Positions 61,722 through 64,000 of a DNA stretch of 64,000 nucleotides are shown one piece after another. The stretch is from Candidatus Aminicenantes bacterium (GTDB lineage Bacteria > Acidobacteriota > Aminicenantia > Aminicenantales > JAFGBC01), in NCBI GenBank assembly GCA_963702005.1, contig OY969696.1, positions 2,752,001-2,816,000 of the forward strand. The letters run 5' to 3'. Numbering within the stretch: position 1 is the stretch's first letter; each line of letters starts with the position of its first letter. The position numbers were made by a program, and so were the translations under genes. The notes beneath the pieces were generated by a model. The model was not told the origin of the DNA and searched no databases. It saw only the letters and a list, made by a program, of their open reading frames with translations.

Positions 61722-62237
61722 TTAGGATGAGTGAAGGTCCGATTTCAACCCCGACCTTCGTTTTCCCCGTTGTCGAACCTGGCTCCAGGCGTCGACAAGG
61801 CCGGTTATGAAATAGAGGGGGAGCATGGTCCCCCAAATGACGGCCAGGCTGAACCGGAGCCAGGGAGATGAGTCCCAGAGGCGGACGACGGTCCCGGCGA
61901 CATCCACGGCGACGGGGATGGAGATGAGAAGGAAGGTTCGCACGCTCGGAAGTCGGACCTCCCGGAATCCCCGCCGGAAGGGATAGATGATGAGCCCGGC
62001 GGCGAACCCGGCATAGACGCCGAGACAGCGTGCGCAGACCGCCATCGGAAACCCGGCGAGCCGGAAACAGCGGGACGGAATCTGATGGCAGAACGGGGCG
62101 AACAGGATATAAAAGAAGCCGCTCAACTGAGGATGGCGAACCTTAAGGAGCGGGGCTAATCCGACGGCTCCGAGAATGCAAACGATTCCCACCCAGGATA
62201 GCGTATAGACGGTGATAATGGCCGCTTTTCGGTCCAC
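61722..62237 (-). CDS. DUF2085 membrane protein
   Basis: CHQIPSR...MAVCARCLGVYAG motif. Confidence 0.8.
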   Translation of the reverse strand: MDRKAAIITVYTLSWVGIVCILGAVGLAPLLKVRHPQLSGFFYILFAPFCHQIPSRCFRLAGFPMAVCARCLGVYAGFAAGLIIYPFRRGFREVRLPSVRTFLLISIPVAVDVAGTVVRLWDSSPWLRFSLAVIWGTMLPLYFITGLVDAWSQVRQRGKRRSGLKSDLHSS

Positions 62238-62238
62238 G

Positions 62239-63399
62239 TCAGCGGACCTTCCGCCAACGGAGGTAGGCCAAAAATCCGGCCAGCGCCAGGGCGTTAGCCG
62301 TTGGCAGGCACAGCCTCATTAAAGTTCCGTAAAGCGCCCGGCCGGTAAGGTCGAAAAGAAAAAGGGGCATCAGGGCAAAGCCGGCGGCCAGACCGACGCG
62401 GCCGGCCCGGGGGAATCGGCCGCAATCTCGGACGAGAAGGATGACGGCCGGGAGCCCCGCCAATAAGGTATAGTCCCAGCCGAGCGGGGATACCAGCGGG
62501 GTCAATAAAAGGAGCAGAAAAATCTCGAGAACGAGGGCCTTGGCCAGGAAACGGCCCCTGAGGACAAGGAGGAGGAAACCGAGGGCCAGGCCCCCGACCG
62601 CCCCGAGTCCCAGCGCGAAAGCTAATGAGTGATTCTCGATGTGCTTGGCCGCGCAGGCGAAAACCGAAATGTTGTCCTGAGACGTCAAGAGCTGCGGCGT
62701 CGAGACCGTCAGGCTCCGGATCCATTCCCGGACGACCAGAAGGTTGCCCCGGAATCCGTAATAGAGCCCGGGGAGAAGAAAAGACACGAAAAGGCAGGCG
62801 GTCCCGGCCGCCAAGGCCCTGAATTTCTTGCGCAGGAGGAAATAGGGCAGGAAGACAAGCGTGTAGGGTTTGAGGGCCGTCGCCAGTCCCCAGAGACAGC
62901 CGGCGGCCGTTTCGAAGCGCGGCCGCCCGTCGGCCTCGGCCCGGGCCAAAAACCGGGCCGCCAGCAGCATAAGAAGGAGGATGGAGACGTTGATTTGGCC
63001 CAACTCGAGCTCACGGAGGAGATACTTGCTCATGATAAGTACGGGAAGGATTCGGAGCGTCCAGGGCGCAGCGCCGTCGCCGACGACGAGGCGAAGGGCC
63101 AGATGAATCAAAGCGCCGACGGCCAGGAGGCTGAGAAACAGCCACACCGCTTTGGCCTGGGCCGGAGGGAAGACGGTCAGGGGGAGATACAAAAACGCGG
63201 CGGCGGGCGGGTATTTGAACTGGAAGTGGCCGTCCTCGCTCCGGTAGAGCGTCTCGCCCAGAGGAATCCTCCGGGCGGCCCGGACGTTGACCTCGAAGTC
63301 GACCATGCGGTTGTCGAGAACGCCCAGGACCAGGCAGGCCAAAGACAGCAGGAGGGCCAGACCGACCGCCGCCCACCAGGGAACGCTCCGGGCCTTCAT
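62239..63399 (-). CDS. GT87/DUF2029 GT-C membrane glycosyltransferase
   Basis: DF.V, F.YPP, LGQI and LK.Y motifs; multiple TM helices. Confidence 0.8.
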   Translation of the reverse strand: MKARSVPWWAAVGLALLLSLACLVLGVLDNRMVDFEVNVRAARRIPLGETLYRSEDGHFQFKYPPAAAFLYLPLTVFPPAQAKAVWLFLSLLAVGALIHLALRLVVGDGAAPWTLRILPVLIMSKYLLRELELGQINVSILLLMLLAARFLARAEADGRPRFETAAGCLWGLATALKPYTLVFLPYFLLRKKFRALAAGTACLFVSFLLPGLYYGFRGNLLVVREWIRSLTVSTPQLLTSQDNISVFACAAKHIENHSLAFALGLGAVGGLALGFLLLVLRGRFLAKALVLEIFLLLLLTPLVSPLGWDYTLLAGLPAVILLVRDCGRFPRAGRVGLAAGFALMPLFLFDLTGRALYGTLMRLCLPTANALALAGFLAYLRWRKVR

Positions 63400-63409
63400 G
63401 GAAGGTTTC

Positions 63410-63439
63410 AGGCTACTCAAGGACGCCCTCGATTGTCAA
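63410..63439 (-). promoter_or_regulatory. Putative promoter of the GT87 cluster, abutting the IS end
   Basis: Minus-strand TTGACA-18 bp-TAGCCT. Confidence 0.4.
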
Positions 63440-63444
63440 CCCCT

Positions 63445-64000
63445 TGAACTCGTTCACTACATTAGTGACGCCTGGGGCTGAGCATGAGCTTTCAGCCAGT
63501 TTTGATAATATTCATACGGGGTAAGGTAATCAAGCGCCTGGTGGGGGCGGATATAGTTATAGGTCTTATTCCAATGCTCCAGCTGATGGTTGTGATCCTC
63601 CAAGCGGAGGGCGATATCCTCGACCTCATAGAACTCCTCCCGATGGGTCCGGTTCGACCGTTCCACATAAGCCTGGAGCTTCGGGGATCGAGGCGGGGTC
63701 TCAAAGAGCTTGATGCCCCGCTTCTGGCAGGCCTCCTCGAAGTGCTTCTTGAACTCCGCGCCACCATCAATCTGGATGGCCCGGACCGGGAAGGGAAACT
63801 TGCGCTCGAGATACTCCAGGACCAGGGAGGCCGTGAAGCTGGTCGCCCGTCGATAAGCGCGGGCGACATCCCAGCGCGAGATCAGATCCCGGGCCGTGAA
63901 CTGCCAGCGCCGATCTTTACTCTCCAGTCGGATCTGGAGGGTATCCAGCTGGACCAGATCGCCCGGCGCGTTCACCCGATAGCCCGGCGGCTTGCGGATA
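63445..64000 (-). mobile_element. IS481-like insertion sequence, right end only
   Basis: Transposase plus a putative end ...CACTAATGTAGTGAACGAGTTCA 12 bp past the stop; the other end is outside the window. Confidence 0.65.
63457..64000 (-). CDS. Transposase, integrase core (DDE), 5' partial
   Basis: PGDLVQLDT, IQIDGGAEF, VERSNRT and YNYIRPHQAL...TP; the frame is open to the window end. Confidence 0.9.
   Translation of the reverse strand, partial: IRKPPGYRVNAPGDLVQLDTLQIRLESKDRRWQFTARDLISRWDVARAYRRATSFTASLVLEYLERKFPFPVRAIQIDGGAEFKKHFEEACQKRGIKLFETPPRSPKLQAYVERSNRTHREEFYEVEDIALRLEDHNHQLEHWNKTYNYIRPHQALDYLTPYEYYQNWLKAHAQPQASLM

Overview
A 64 kb GC-rich chromosomal segment from a diderm bacterium. 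The gene set (Oar-type TonB receptor, M14 peptidase, DUF5916 protein, sulfatase-like lipoprotein) resembles Acidobacteriota/Aminicenantes-like organisms; that assignment is inference only. Most of it is housekeeping: lpdA, a nuoA-I cluster without nuoJ-N, malic enzyme, pcnB, porin-pstSCAB-phoU and phoBR, folK, cysS, alsT, ilvE, pilT, alaS, a membrane-lipid cluster and the end of an IS481-like element. There are two heat-shock operons: dnaK-dnaJ-hspR-sigma-dnaC-like, and hrcA-grpE-dnaK2-dnaJ-rsmE-kinase. The strongest hidden feature is a tRNA-Asn(GUU) gene split inside its anticodon (position 35/36) by a 261-nt self-splicing group I intron (24675-25011). The second is an operon with a ~300-nt structured leader, an all-helical lipoprotein ending in KGKKK, two L,D-transpeptidases and a probably inactive paralog, which may be a Braun-lipoprotein-like envelope tether. 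Other observations include a HAIR-like and a CIRCE-like operator each fused to the -35 box of its promoter, a lid-less DnaK paralog, a four-unit 11-bp-phased Pho-box array, and three single-base frameshifts (lpdA, nuoI, alsT) that are probably assembly errors.
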